A stretch of 64,000 nucleotides of DNA from Leucoraja ocellata (taxonomy: Eukaryota), in NCBI GenBank assembly GCA_036785375.1, contig JAWMAR010000384.1, positions 930,001 to 994,000 on the forward strand. The letters run 5' to 3'. A program made the position numbers and the translations under genes. The notes under the pieces are model-generated. The model saw only the letters and a program-made list of their open reading frames with translations, did not search any database and was not told the DNA's origin. This document shows positions 50,701 through 62,700 of this stretch, piece after piece. Positions within the stretch are counted from its first letter, which is position 1; the number at the start of each line of letters is the position of its first letter.

Positions 50701-53700
50701 AAAAAGGCTTTGTTTTATTGGAGCTATAACCACCACATTTTATTGGAGCTATAACCACCACATTGCTGAATGCTGACAGATGATCAAATGGTACATGTCT
50801 ATGTGATTATCTGTGGCTGTGTGTGAAAGATATTGTCCAACTGTTGCGACAGGGGGAATAGTCCAGATGACAGCCTAGAATATGGTGTAGGCATTTGCCG
50901 ATGATGTAAGCAATCGGGTTCAGGCAGCCTTAAAGGGTAGCAACCTCTGTGTATCATAGCGTAGGATCCAAAGGTGCCAAAGCAGCCAGCAGCCCAAGCT
51001 CATGACTATTAGATGGTCATTCATGTAACAATTAGAATATTACATTGATGAAGTGCTTTAAATGGATTAATAATTGTTTTGACAGAGTGGACCTGAACTG
51101 CTGCCTCGGATGGCAATGCTGCTCCTGCTCACCAGGGTCATGGCCACAGGCTCACCACGACTCCAGGTACATTTCCAACCACCTCCATTTGTTGGGCATA
51201 AATTATGATTTTACTCACATTTCGCGATTGGGTGCACTTAATTTTTGTAGATTATATTTTAATAAACTTCATTTAATTTGGCTTTTTTGAACTAGTGGTT
51301 CTGACACTAAGATTAATCTTTGAGGTTATTGGTCAGGGCTTATAGTTGATTTCCATTCCAGTTAACTTGCTTGGACCACAGCATTGCTGCAGTTTATGAA
51401 TAATTCAGTTTCCCTTCATTCCTGATCTATGGCAATCTGATCTGTGATACCATGCACACAATTTCATACTCTTCCTTTTCTACTTGAGATGATATCCACT
51501 TGAGTCTCTATGGCTTCTATTTCTTTTCTCACATACCTGGGGACATTTTCTGTAAGGCAGTACATACCCATGAACAGAGCCCCCACTGCTTGTTAATGAG
51601 AATTATTTTAATCAATTTCTTCTAACCACTACCACTTAATTTAAATCTATGTAACCTAATTACTGACTCATTTGCAAAGGACATGAATGTTTTCTCTTAC
51701 CCTGTGCAGAACTCCTGTGATTTTATAAAACCCAACTAAGTCTTACCTTTGTTCTGAGGGAATTGACCTCCAACCTAGTTGGTCTCATTGCAAACCACAA
51801 TTCTACAGCCTTGATAGCATCCTTGTTTAATCTGCTCTGTCTCCATTAATTCTTCCACACCCTCGTGGTTGAGTCATAATCCGAATTGTACACTAGGTGT
51901 GCCCGAACTAATGTTTTGCATACTTCTAACATTACCTTTTTGCTCTTGTGTGCTGTGCCCAGCTAATAAAGGCAGGAATCCAATAAGCTTCCTTAAATTC
52001 AATATTTATCTGACTTACTATCTTCAAGCATTTGGATGCATGTACTCCAGGGTTCCTCTGCTCCTGTACACGTTGGTATCCTACTGTTTATCATGCCATC
52101 CTTCCATCATTGACCTTTCCAAAATTCTTTATCTCATACTTCACTGAGCTGAAACCTATTTGCCTCTTTTGAGCTTGCTTAACTAGTCCATCAATGTCCT
52201 GCTGTTGCCCAAAATAGAATTATATATTGTTTACGAGACAAGCAGGCTATTTGACTCATTGTGAAGTTGCCAGTCAAAAGAAAAACATAATCCCACTTAT
52301 TGCACCATCTCTGTACCCCTATAGATCACATTCTGGAACTTTTTCAATGTGATGAATGTTTCCATCTACTTATTTTACCCTTGGGTACTCACTTTTTCCA
52401 CTTTCTCTTTGATCCCATATTTTTTTGACCAACCTACCAAATGAGATTTTGTGAAAAGACTTGCTAAACTCCAAGTAGAAAACAGCCACATCAGCCTCAT
52501 TGGCCCTCCTTGATTCTTCCTCAAAAAACAATTTATGTTAGCCCACACAACCTTCCCTCTTAATTCCATTCTGACAGTCTTTTTCGTTTGTGTCTATTTA
52601 ATTGAAGGTTAATACTGTCCCTCAGAATTGATTCCAATCATTCTATCTGAGAATTTAAGCTAATTCGCATCTAATTGCTTGGTATATTCCTTCCTTCTCC
52701 TTTAAACAACATCATAATTTTAAGAAGGGTCTCAACCCAAAATGACACCCATTCCTTCTCTCCAGAGATGCTGCCTGTCCTGCTGAGTTACTCCAGCATT
52801 TTGTGTCTTATCTTACACATCATAATTTTAATCATCTTCCATTCTTCTCGGAAGCATTAAAATGCTGAGAAATCTTTGCAGTTTCCTTCATTTTCAGAGA
52901 ATGGGATGATTGTTTATTTAAGTCTGTGGAGGGAATGGACGGACAACATTTTGGGTCAGGATCTTTCATCAGATTGAGCAATCTGAAGGAGGGTCCCAAC
53001 CCGAAACAACATCTACCGATTCACTCCACTGATGTTGTCTGACCCACTGACTTCTTCCGGAACTTTGATTTTCTACATTCCCCTTAATTTAATTGTAAAC
53101 TTCCTGAACACTCCGTGTTTTGTTTTTTCTGCATTAACCACTTATTGTCTAATGTAAGTTTCATTTTTGTTTGTTTTGCCTTAACCACTGTGCATATTGT
53201 TCAGATTTCTCGTTTTGACAATCCCATCCCTTTTCTTAATGTGAAAATGTTTACCTTGAACCTTTCAGCCAGTTTTGAAGCCATTGCCAAATTTCTTAAT
53301 TATGACATCCCTACTTAAGTCAAAATCATTTCAATATCCCATACGAAAAAGTGGCTTACTCTGTGCACCAGTTGCCATGTTGCTCATTGAGCAGAGCAAT
53401 TTTTGACCCAACTTATTGCTTTCCTTTGGGTCCCATAGACCTTTAGGTTCTTGATGGATCTCCCATGTTGCATTTGGTCAATTGTCTCACTAAGATCATG
53501 TATACCACATCAGATATCCTGGCTATCTCAAAAATACTTTTAATTAAGTTATACATGATCTTTCTTCCCTTATAACATCTTTGTTGACTGTCCTTCTTTA
53601 GCTTATTCCTCAATAAAAGCAGATTTATGTTGTCACTCAATTTATACCAGAAGATTATTAATTTAAGCTAATCATTTTTCTGTAACTGCCTAATTCAATG

Positions 53701-56700
53701 AGTGCAGCTGCAGTAACTTGAATATTGATGTCTTCAGAAAGGACATATACTTAGAGCATTACATTTTATATTACATCCAGAAATTAATGGGTAACATTTT
53801 GTGCCATGCGATTTACCTGATAGATGGTGCAATTAGATAAGATTGCTGAGCAAGGATCCATAAACAGCATTAAACCATGCCATCATCTTCCATGGAGCCA
53901 CGAACAACTGCAAATCATGGTTTACAAAAAAAAGGAGAAACTTAGTATGTCAGGCAGCATTTCTGGAGAATGTGAAGCAGTGACATTTCAGGTCTGGACC
54001 CTTCTTCGGACTTCAATCTTATTCAATTTCCTTATCCAATCTTCAAGGTGGTGGGACCCACTTTCCCTAGACTGCCTATCCTCCTGCCAATTTTCCCTCT
54101 AATCCTCCCACTCATGATCTTCCTTCATTCAATTTCCCTGCGTCTCCCCTTTCAGCCACGCACTGCAAACCATACGTCTGAAGAAGGGTCCCAACACGAA
54201 ATGTCACCTATCTATGTCCTCCGATGAGTTAGTTACTCCAGCACTTTGTGTCAACATCTTCCATGTTTATTCTCCAGATTCTGCAAAGAGTGTTCATGTT
54301 CATGGAAAAGCAGCAAGTAGATGGAAAGAGAACATTCGATTCCAGTTAATTTGTAAAATGTCAAAATCACATCTGTGATTGGTTAAAATCCTACTCACAG
54401 CTGGCAGAATAGGCCATTACAAGAAACTGGCTTGCAGTGGACACACCCAGACTTAGACAATGGTTAGACATAGTACAGGAAATATTTGTCATGGAGAAAA
54501 TGACATATTCTCTAAGCGTGAAAGAAGACGAGTTTAACAGAAAATGGGAAAAATGGATTAGGTATAGAAATAAAGACATCAACACTGTATAATTTTATTG
54601 ACAATAATGTAAGTTATTGGAAAATGTTTTAATAAGAAGATAGTTCTGTATACTGCATCATTAATTGTAAACTGAATCCCCCGCTGCACAGTTGTACGTT
54701 TCACTGCATTGTTGTATGTTTCGTTGTTTTATTTGTGTATACATAAAAGCAATAAAGACTAATGTGGAAAAAAAAATCACATGTGTCCTTTTAGGTACTG
54801 GCTTCCAATACTCTGACATCCTTGTGTGCCAGCAGCAGTGGAGAAGAAGGATGTGCATATGCTGAACAGGAGGAGATTGATGTCCTCTTACAAGCTCTGC
54901 TGTCACCGTGTTCAGCAGTGCGGGATGCTGCTCTCAGGGTAACAAAGCTTCCATTAACATTTTCTGTTTATTAACATTGAAACACGTGGGTCATTGGGTA
55001 GCTGCATTGGTTCCTGAAGGGATCTTTCCACTGGAATTTCAATGGGTTTGGTGTTTTAGACGTAAAGGAGGCATGATTCCTCACTGGCACGTGATACAAA
55101 ACCCCTGCATATGGTTGACCACGAATTAACGGGTCCTTTACCGAATAGCAGGCAGTGACTAGTGGGTTGCCGCAAGGCTCGGTGCTCGGACCCCAGTTGT
55201 TAACAATATATATTGACAATTTAGACGGGGGAATTAAATGTAACGTCTCTAAGTTTGCAGATGACACGAAGCTGGGTGGCAGTGTGAGCTGCGAGGAGGT
55301 TGCTATGAGGCTGCAGGGTGACTTGCAGCCTCAGAAGCATGGCAGATGCAGTATAATGTGGATAAATGTGAGGTTGTCTTTGATGGCAAGAACAGGAAGG
55401 CAGATATTATCTGAATGGTAGACACACCTTCGTCAGTCTGAAGAAGGGTCTCGCCCCGAAATGTCCTTCTCTCCAGAGACGCTGCCTGTCCCGCTGAGTT
55501 ATTCCAGCATTTTTGTTGGAGTATACTCCTCCTAATCTGACACCATTCAGATAATAGGTAAAGGGTAGGTGGGTAGAGACCTGGGTGTGCTTGAACATCA
55601 GTCACTGAAAGTAAGCATGCGGGTACAGCAGGCAGTGAAGCAAGCCAATGGCATTTTGGCCTTCATTGTAAGAGGATTTGAATTTAGGAGCAAGGAGGTC
55701 CTACTGCAGTTGTACAAGGCCCTGGTGAGACTGCACCTGGAGTATTGTTTGCAATTTTGGTCTCATAATTTGAGGAAGGACATTATTGCTATTGAGGGAG
55801 TGCAGCGTAGGTTCATGAGGTTAATTCCCGGGATGGCGGGACTGATGTATGATGAAAGAATGGGTCAACTGGGCTTGTATTTGCTGGGATTTAAAGGATG
55901 AGAGGGGATCTTATAAAATTATCTATCTATATATCTATAAAACTCTGGGGCCATCCGACCGACTGCCGACCGGCGCCCTTCCTGCCTTTTGATTCGTGCC
56001 CGATACTCGCAGATGTCCAATCGGAATGGCCGATGCTCGCAGATGTCCAATCGGAATGGATTCATTTGCATGTACGGCTGCCGGCTGCATTTCTTCCTTT
56101 GATTCATTGCCACGCCCAATCCAGACGCTCAATCTCCGAGATATTTTCCATTTCGGTAGAGATTTCGCTTTTCTTTCTAAGTATCCGCTCCTCATTTCAT
56201 TTCGTCGTGTTGAAGCACACGTTTTTAATCAAATCCTTCCCCCCACCCACCCCCAAGTATTTCAAAAATAAACAGGCTTCTCCATTTACATGTCAGCTTC
56301 CAACACACTTCGAAACAAAGTTGCAAGACAGGAACACTGAACTTTTCACTGCTGCAGCAGGCAGGGAAGGTGTCATTGGATTTTTTTTTTTAATCCACTG
56401 CTGAGGGAGGCACGGCAGTGCTGGAATCTTACTTTTGGGAACGGCTTCAGTTCCATTGGAGGAGACGAGTGCATGGTGCAATATTGGTTTGGGGGATCAC
56501 ACCATTGGGGGAGCAGACCCAACGGGTCTGCACTTGGTCTAGTTACATATAAAATTCTTAGTGGATTGGACAGGGTAGATGCAGGAAAAAATGTTCGTGA
56601 TGTTGGGAGAATCCAGAACCAGGGGTCACTGTTTAAGAATAGGCCATTTAGGACTGAGATGAGGAAAAACTTTTTCAACCAGAGAGTTATGAATCTGTGG

Positions 56701-59700
56701 AACAGAAGGCAGTGGAGGCCAATTCACTGGATGTTTTCAAAAGAGAGTTAGATTTAGCTCATAGGGCTAAGGGAATCAAGGGATATGGGGGAAAAGCAGG
56801 AACAGGGTACTGATTTTGGGTGATCAGCCATGATCATCATATTGAATGGCGTTGCTGGCTCGAAGAGCCAAATGGCCTACTCCTGTACCTATTTTCTATA
56901 TTTCTTTGTTTCTGAGACCCTTCTTCTGACTGATGTCAGGGGATTGGGCAGTACAGAGATAAAATGTTGTCTGAGATAGTAAGACTGGTCAGAGGGGATG
57001 GAGAGAGGGAAAGCAAGGGCTGCTTGAAGTTAGAGAAGCTAATGTTCATACCGCTGGGGTGTAAGCAAGTCAAGCGAAATATGAGGTGCTGACCATCCGT
57101 TGATAGCAATTGGACAAGCCCGAGGGGGATTCTGCCTGCTGCATTTGAATATAGTATCATGAATTATTTTCGCCCTCTAAGTTGCATACTCTCAGTCCCC
57201 ACATTGGTGCTTTACATCCTTATTTTGCATTATGTCACCTTAGATTTTGCACTTGGGTCTCTGAAAGTGGATGTGAACTTGCAGCCTTTTAGCACTAAGT
57301 GCTACTGCCATTGACACGTGGCTGACACCTTTTAAGGTTCTGTAATTTGTTCTATTGAAGTTTAAGGCAGGCTTAATAGATGGTAGAAGTCACCCTGTGC
57401 TTCTGCTGTTTTGCAGGGATTGCTGGAGATGAACATGGTGCTGCCCACTCCAGACAGTGATGAGAAGAATGGATTGAACCTACTGCGCAGACTGTGGATT
57501 TGCCAGTTTGACGTCGATGATGAGAGCAGACTGCAGGCTAAAAAGTAAGGACTTGTTTACTGGCAACCTATTGTGATGATAAGAGTGCTTATAACTTAAT
57601 GTTTCTTCATTAGTTTTTGAGTAGTCTATCATCGCACAATAAAAGTACTCATTGAGTATGCCCTATAAGCCTACTACATATCCAACCTCCAGTTATAAGA
57701 AGTCATTATGATTTTATTTTTCCTGGTACCATTGTGATTTGCAGTACAATTCTGTGGAAATACTGCTCTCTTGGGATGGCTTCTTCTAAAATAGATATTA
57801 AACCTTTGGTCTCACAGCTGTTGCAAGAGATCCCATGGCACTAGTTTAAAGTAGAGGAAGGAAGTTATTAGTACTGTCTGAGACTTAGTACTGTTCTTTA
57901 ATCAACATTACTAAAACTGATTGATTATTTTCATTGCTGTTTCGAGGAGCTGGTTAATGAAAATTGGTTGTTTCCCCCAGCATTATAGAAGTGATTATGT
58001 TTTGAAAAGTATGGAATTGACTGAGATATTTTAATGTTCTTTGTTTATAAAAGGTATTCCGTTGTGATTAGTTTTGTTCCATTATAAAAGATAAGTGATT
58101 TGAAATGTTTTGATATCTTATTTTAATTATGTTATACAGACCACTAAATATATTAGATAGATGCAAAAAGCTGTAGTAACTCAGTGGGACAGGCAGCATC
58201 TCCGAAGAGAAGGAATGGGTGACGTTTCGGGTTGAGACCCTTCTTCAGACTTCACCCGAAACGTCACCCAGCCCGTCTCTCCAGAGATGCTGCCTGTCCC
58301 GCTGAGTTGCTCCAGCATTTTGTGGCTACTTTATCTGTTTGTTTGGGCTCTGCATCAGATAAACGATTGTGGGATTCTCGACAGTGATCATCTAAATGCT
58401 CCTTTATGATTCCTTTTATGTCTCAGGTTGTGGGACGCCATGGCACTGGAGTTGCAGCCAAACCTCTGCTCACTACTGATTAAGGATGTGATATATCATG
58501 AGGAAGCAATACGCCAAGCAGGAGCAGAAGCACTGTCCAATGCTGTGGCACAGTATCAGCAGCAGGCAGCTGAAGTGATGACTAAGCTGATTGAAATTTA
58601 CCAGGAGAAACTTTATGTAAGAATTTTACGTAAGCTCTATTGTGGAGAAATGTAAGGAAAGAATGCAAAGGATCCTCATCCAAACTTGGATGTGTAGATT
58701 CCTGGGTTTTCTTTGCTTGTTAGTTTATGGAAGAACTCTTGAGGAGGGAATTAAGTTATGGTTAATTCGGTGGAATATTTGTTTTGGGTGATGCTGGCAC
58801 AAAGTACATTTAGAATCAGATTCAGAATCACACTTTATTCGCCAAGTATGTTTTGCAACATACGAAGAATTTCATTTGCCAGGTCAGTCATACAATTAAA
58901 AGCACCAGTTCACTCAAAAACACATTTTAACATGAACACCCACCATAGTGACTCCTACACATTCCTCACTGTGATAGAAGGCGAAATAAAGTTCAAGTCT
59001 CTTCCCTTAGTTCTTCCTCGGTCGTGGGCCTCGAGCCTCTGTTGACGGAACGATCTTGACTCCCATAGCCAGCGGTGTTCGAGCCCTCCACGTCAAGGTG
59101 ATCAGCTCCCGGGTGGGGGGGGGGTGGGGGGGTAAGGGGGTAATGTCAGCACCCCCGCGGCAGGCGATCGAACCTCGGGTCAGAGCTGGTCGAACCTTCC
59201 GCGACGTTGGAGCGTCCCGACTAGCCTCTCCCGACTGCGAGCTTGATGGTAAATCCACGGAGGTCGCATTGGGAGTGATCCCAGGCAAGGGATCAGCTCC
59301 GATGTTAAGTCCACGCCCCGCGATAGGGCTCAAAGTCAGTCCGAGGAGCGTTCCAGCTCCATTGATGGAAGGCCGAGAGCCCGCCGGAGAAGGGCGTCCA
59401 AAGATTAATCACATCTCCGGCAAGGTAAGAACTTAAAAAAAGAGTTTCCCCCGATCCCCTCCCCCACATAAAACAAACAGAAGAACATTAAAACATTAAA
59501 ACGTTGAAGTTTTCATTTTGTTAATTAAAGGAGGAAGGAAAATATTTAGAAACGTTTTCTCACGTTCATTCTTTGAGTTCATGTCAATGTTAATTTCTAG
59601 CTTTCAGTTGTTAGTAATTGCTGATGAATCTAATTGTTTTGTGCAGAGGCCACCTCCAGTGATGGATGCTCTTGGTCGAGTAATATCCGAATCTCCACCT

Positions 59701-62700
59701 GATCAGTGGGAAGCCAGGTACGGTATCTGAGCGTTTTGTTAAAGGTAGCTAACATGCAGTGCCTTTTCCTCTGTTGTTCCTCCTTGATGCCATTCATGTA
59801 CAGTAAACCTAAATCTGAGCTGGAAATTATTTTTGCATGTTATTGCTTGTCATGTGTGCCTTATTGCCAAGGCCAGCATTTATTCCTTATCTATAGCTGT
59901 CTAAGCATTCAGTACATGCAATGAAGGACAAATACTCCCGGATATATGAATGCCACATTTACAAATAGCTGTAGCATGTCCCATTATGCCTCAACTATTC
60001 CGAAGGGTGGATGGTCATATTGAGGTTTCAACACCCAGCAATTTAAAAACAAATCAAGGGAGGATATATAGCAACATTCATCTCTGACCCATGTGTTGAC
60101 ATTAGAACTCTATTCCACTTGCAAAGAAACTGATTTACAAATTTGGGTTGGTGACTCCTTTGTACATTGGGCTGTAACTGTGCATTGCATCATTCATTGT
60201 GGAGTTGAGGGATCTTGACCACCAGCTACAAAGGAATGGTGGCATTTTTAAGTTGAGGTACTTATGCAAATGGTGGCGAATATGAAGGTGGTGTTCCATC
60301 AATGCCAGTTTCCCTCCAGGAACTCATCCAAATGGCCAAATTTATTTGACCAAAGTAGTAACTGGTAAAGGAGCTGTTGCTGAGCCTAGTCTCAATTTCT
60401 ATGCATATGTATACCTTCCAGCAGAGGTCTGTGGACATGCTTGGAGGCAGATTGTATGGGCTCTTTCTTCCCGCTAAAGCGGATGCAAATGTTTTGGCTT
60501 AGATAGGCAAAAGGCGCTAGAATAACTCACTGGGTCAAGCAGTATGTCCTGAGAAAAAGGACAGGTGACGTTTCAGGTCGGGACCCTTCAGACAATTTTG
60601 CCATTTTTGGCTAGCCCTTCTTGATTGTCTTCCAACAGATACAATTGAAACGAAGATCTCTTAGACCTTTGTGAGACCATTTTACTGAGTATTTGCTTGG
60701 GATTTTATGCTCAGGCTTATGTAAACTGCTATTTAACATGTGAGGAAAAGCTTGTAATGGAGTGCTCTCACTTCTGTAGGTGTGGAATTGCTCTGGCTTT
60801 GAACAAACTTTCCCAGTATTTTGATGGATCACAAGTCAAGCTCCTATTTCAATTCTATGTGCCGGAAGCCTTGAATGACCGTCACCCTGAGGTCAGAAAG
60901 TGCATGTTGGATGCAGCTCTTTCTGCACTTAACACCCATGGAAAGGTAGGTCTGTCTACTGTATGAAGTAACTAACTTTTGTGGCACTGGATTCATGGTA
61001 TTCAAACATCAATGATTTGATAATGGTTGACAAATCGTTTATCAAGAATGGACACATTATTGAGGTGCTTGTAGCAGCTGTGGAGCCACTGGGAATCTTA
61101 AAAGATCTTAAACCGTAACTCAGTCTCTCCACTGGGAGGACATTGTCTCTGAGGTAGAGGACTGGAGGGACATGAGCATGAAAATCTTGGTTGACACTCT
61201 TTTGCTCTGTTGAAGAGATGCTGTATCATTGGAAGTGCTGTATTTCAGATCAGATATTAAATGCAGGAAATGTTCGCAAGCCACTAGCTGATATATGGCA
61301 AGGGTGTTCTAGCCAATATTTGTCCCTTGCCTAACAGCACTTAGAAAACAAACCAACTGCTATTATTATATTTAGTTATGGGATTATTTAATGCCAATTG
61401 CCTGTGGCCAAATGACCACATTTTAATAATATTTAATTAGCTGTAAGTGCTTTGGGATGTTGAGGTCATGAAAGAACAATGTAAATACAACTAAGCTTGC
61501 CTTCATTCAAGGATATTGTTTGCCTTCTGAGATGTGGTGAGTATTTCTAATAGTTTAAAGAAGTGACTAATGACGATGCCATTCCTTTGTGATCGAGGTA
61601 TTCTTTAAATGATACCATAATTAGTGGAACAGTAATAAGACAATAGTTGATAAATTGTATTGGAAGTAAAGAATTAGCAAACAGGTTATGATACTTTACT
61701 TAAGGATGTCACAGTTCATTACTATGCATGTGAAATAGATATAACATGAATTTACGAACTCTGATGGTATAATTCTTGAAATTTCAGAAGATATTTTGAA
61801 AGTATATAGATAAGGGATTTAAAGAAGGAATTGATGTCGCTGGCTAGTGACTACAAATATGTTTGTAGACTTGCTTCTGTTGGCCAGGTGCACCCATCCC
61901 GTTAAATATTTGTTTTAATTGTGAGGAGTGTTAAATGAATGCAAGTTAAGCTCATTGTTCATTGCACATGGCCTGTTTGTAGCCCATATCGTGTTTGATT
62001 TGTACATTTTTATTTGTTGCTTACCTCCCTAGCTATACCAAATTGTATCTGATTATAACATAACATAAAAAACGTGGCACTAAAACTGACAAACTGTTAT
62101 AAATGTTAGACTGCAGTGAGAGCACTTTGCATATTTGGTTGCCATACTCAAGGAAGGATGTGGTGGCGTTAGAGAGGATGCAGAAGGGATCTACAAGGAT
62201 GATTTTAGAACTATGGAATTGTAGTTATGCAGAGAAACTCTTGAAGATGTGATTGTTTTTCTTGAACTGAGGAGATACAGTCGAGTGGATATTCAAATTG
62301 ACATGTATTAAAAAAATTGGTCTAGTTTTCTCTTCACTTATCAATCAATAAGTTTTTTTTTCAACAGGCAGATTGATAATAGGGGGGGGGGCATAAGTAT
62401 AACTTAATTAGTGGAAGGATTAGAGAAGTGGTGAAGAAAAATATTTCCATTCAATGTCTGACATGCTGGAGATAAAACCCCACACCACATTAAATGTTGG
62501 ATGAATTCAATTTATTGAACTTTGGGCTAAGAGTGGGATTAGCTGACATTGCCCAGATTTGCCTAGCAGAAACACAATGGCATGAATAATCATCTCATAT
62601 GCTGTAAATGTGTATTATTCTTTGGTGCCAGACTTTGCAAATTGTTCCAGTAACCTACTGTTCCCTTTTCCCTGTAGGATAATGTCACTTCACTCCTACC

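Noticed and set aside
59007-59436. GC-rich 108 and 126 aa ORFs in GCN1 intron 30
   Set aside because: They lie in a probable retroelement remnant with a tail near 58810; no coding hallmarks.
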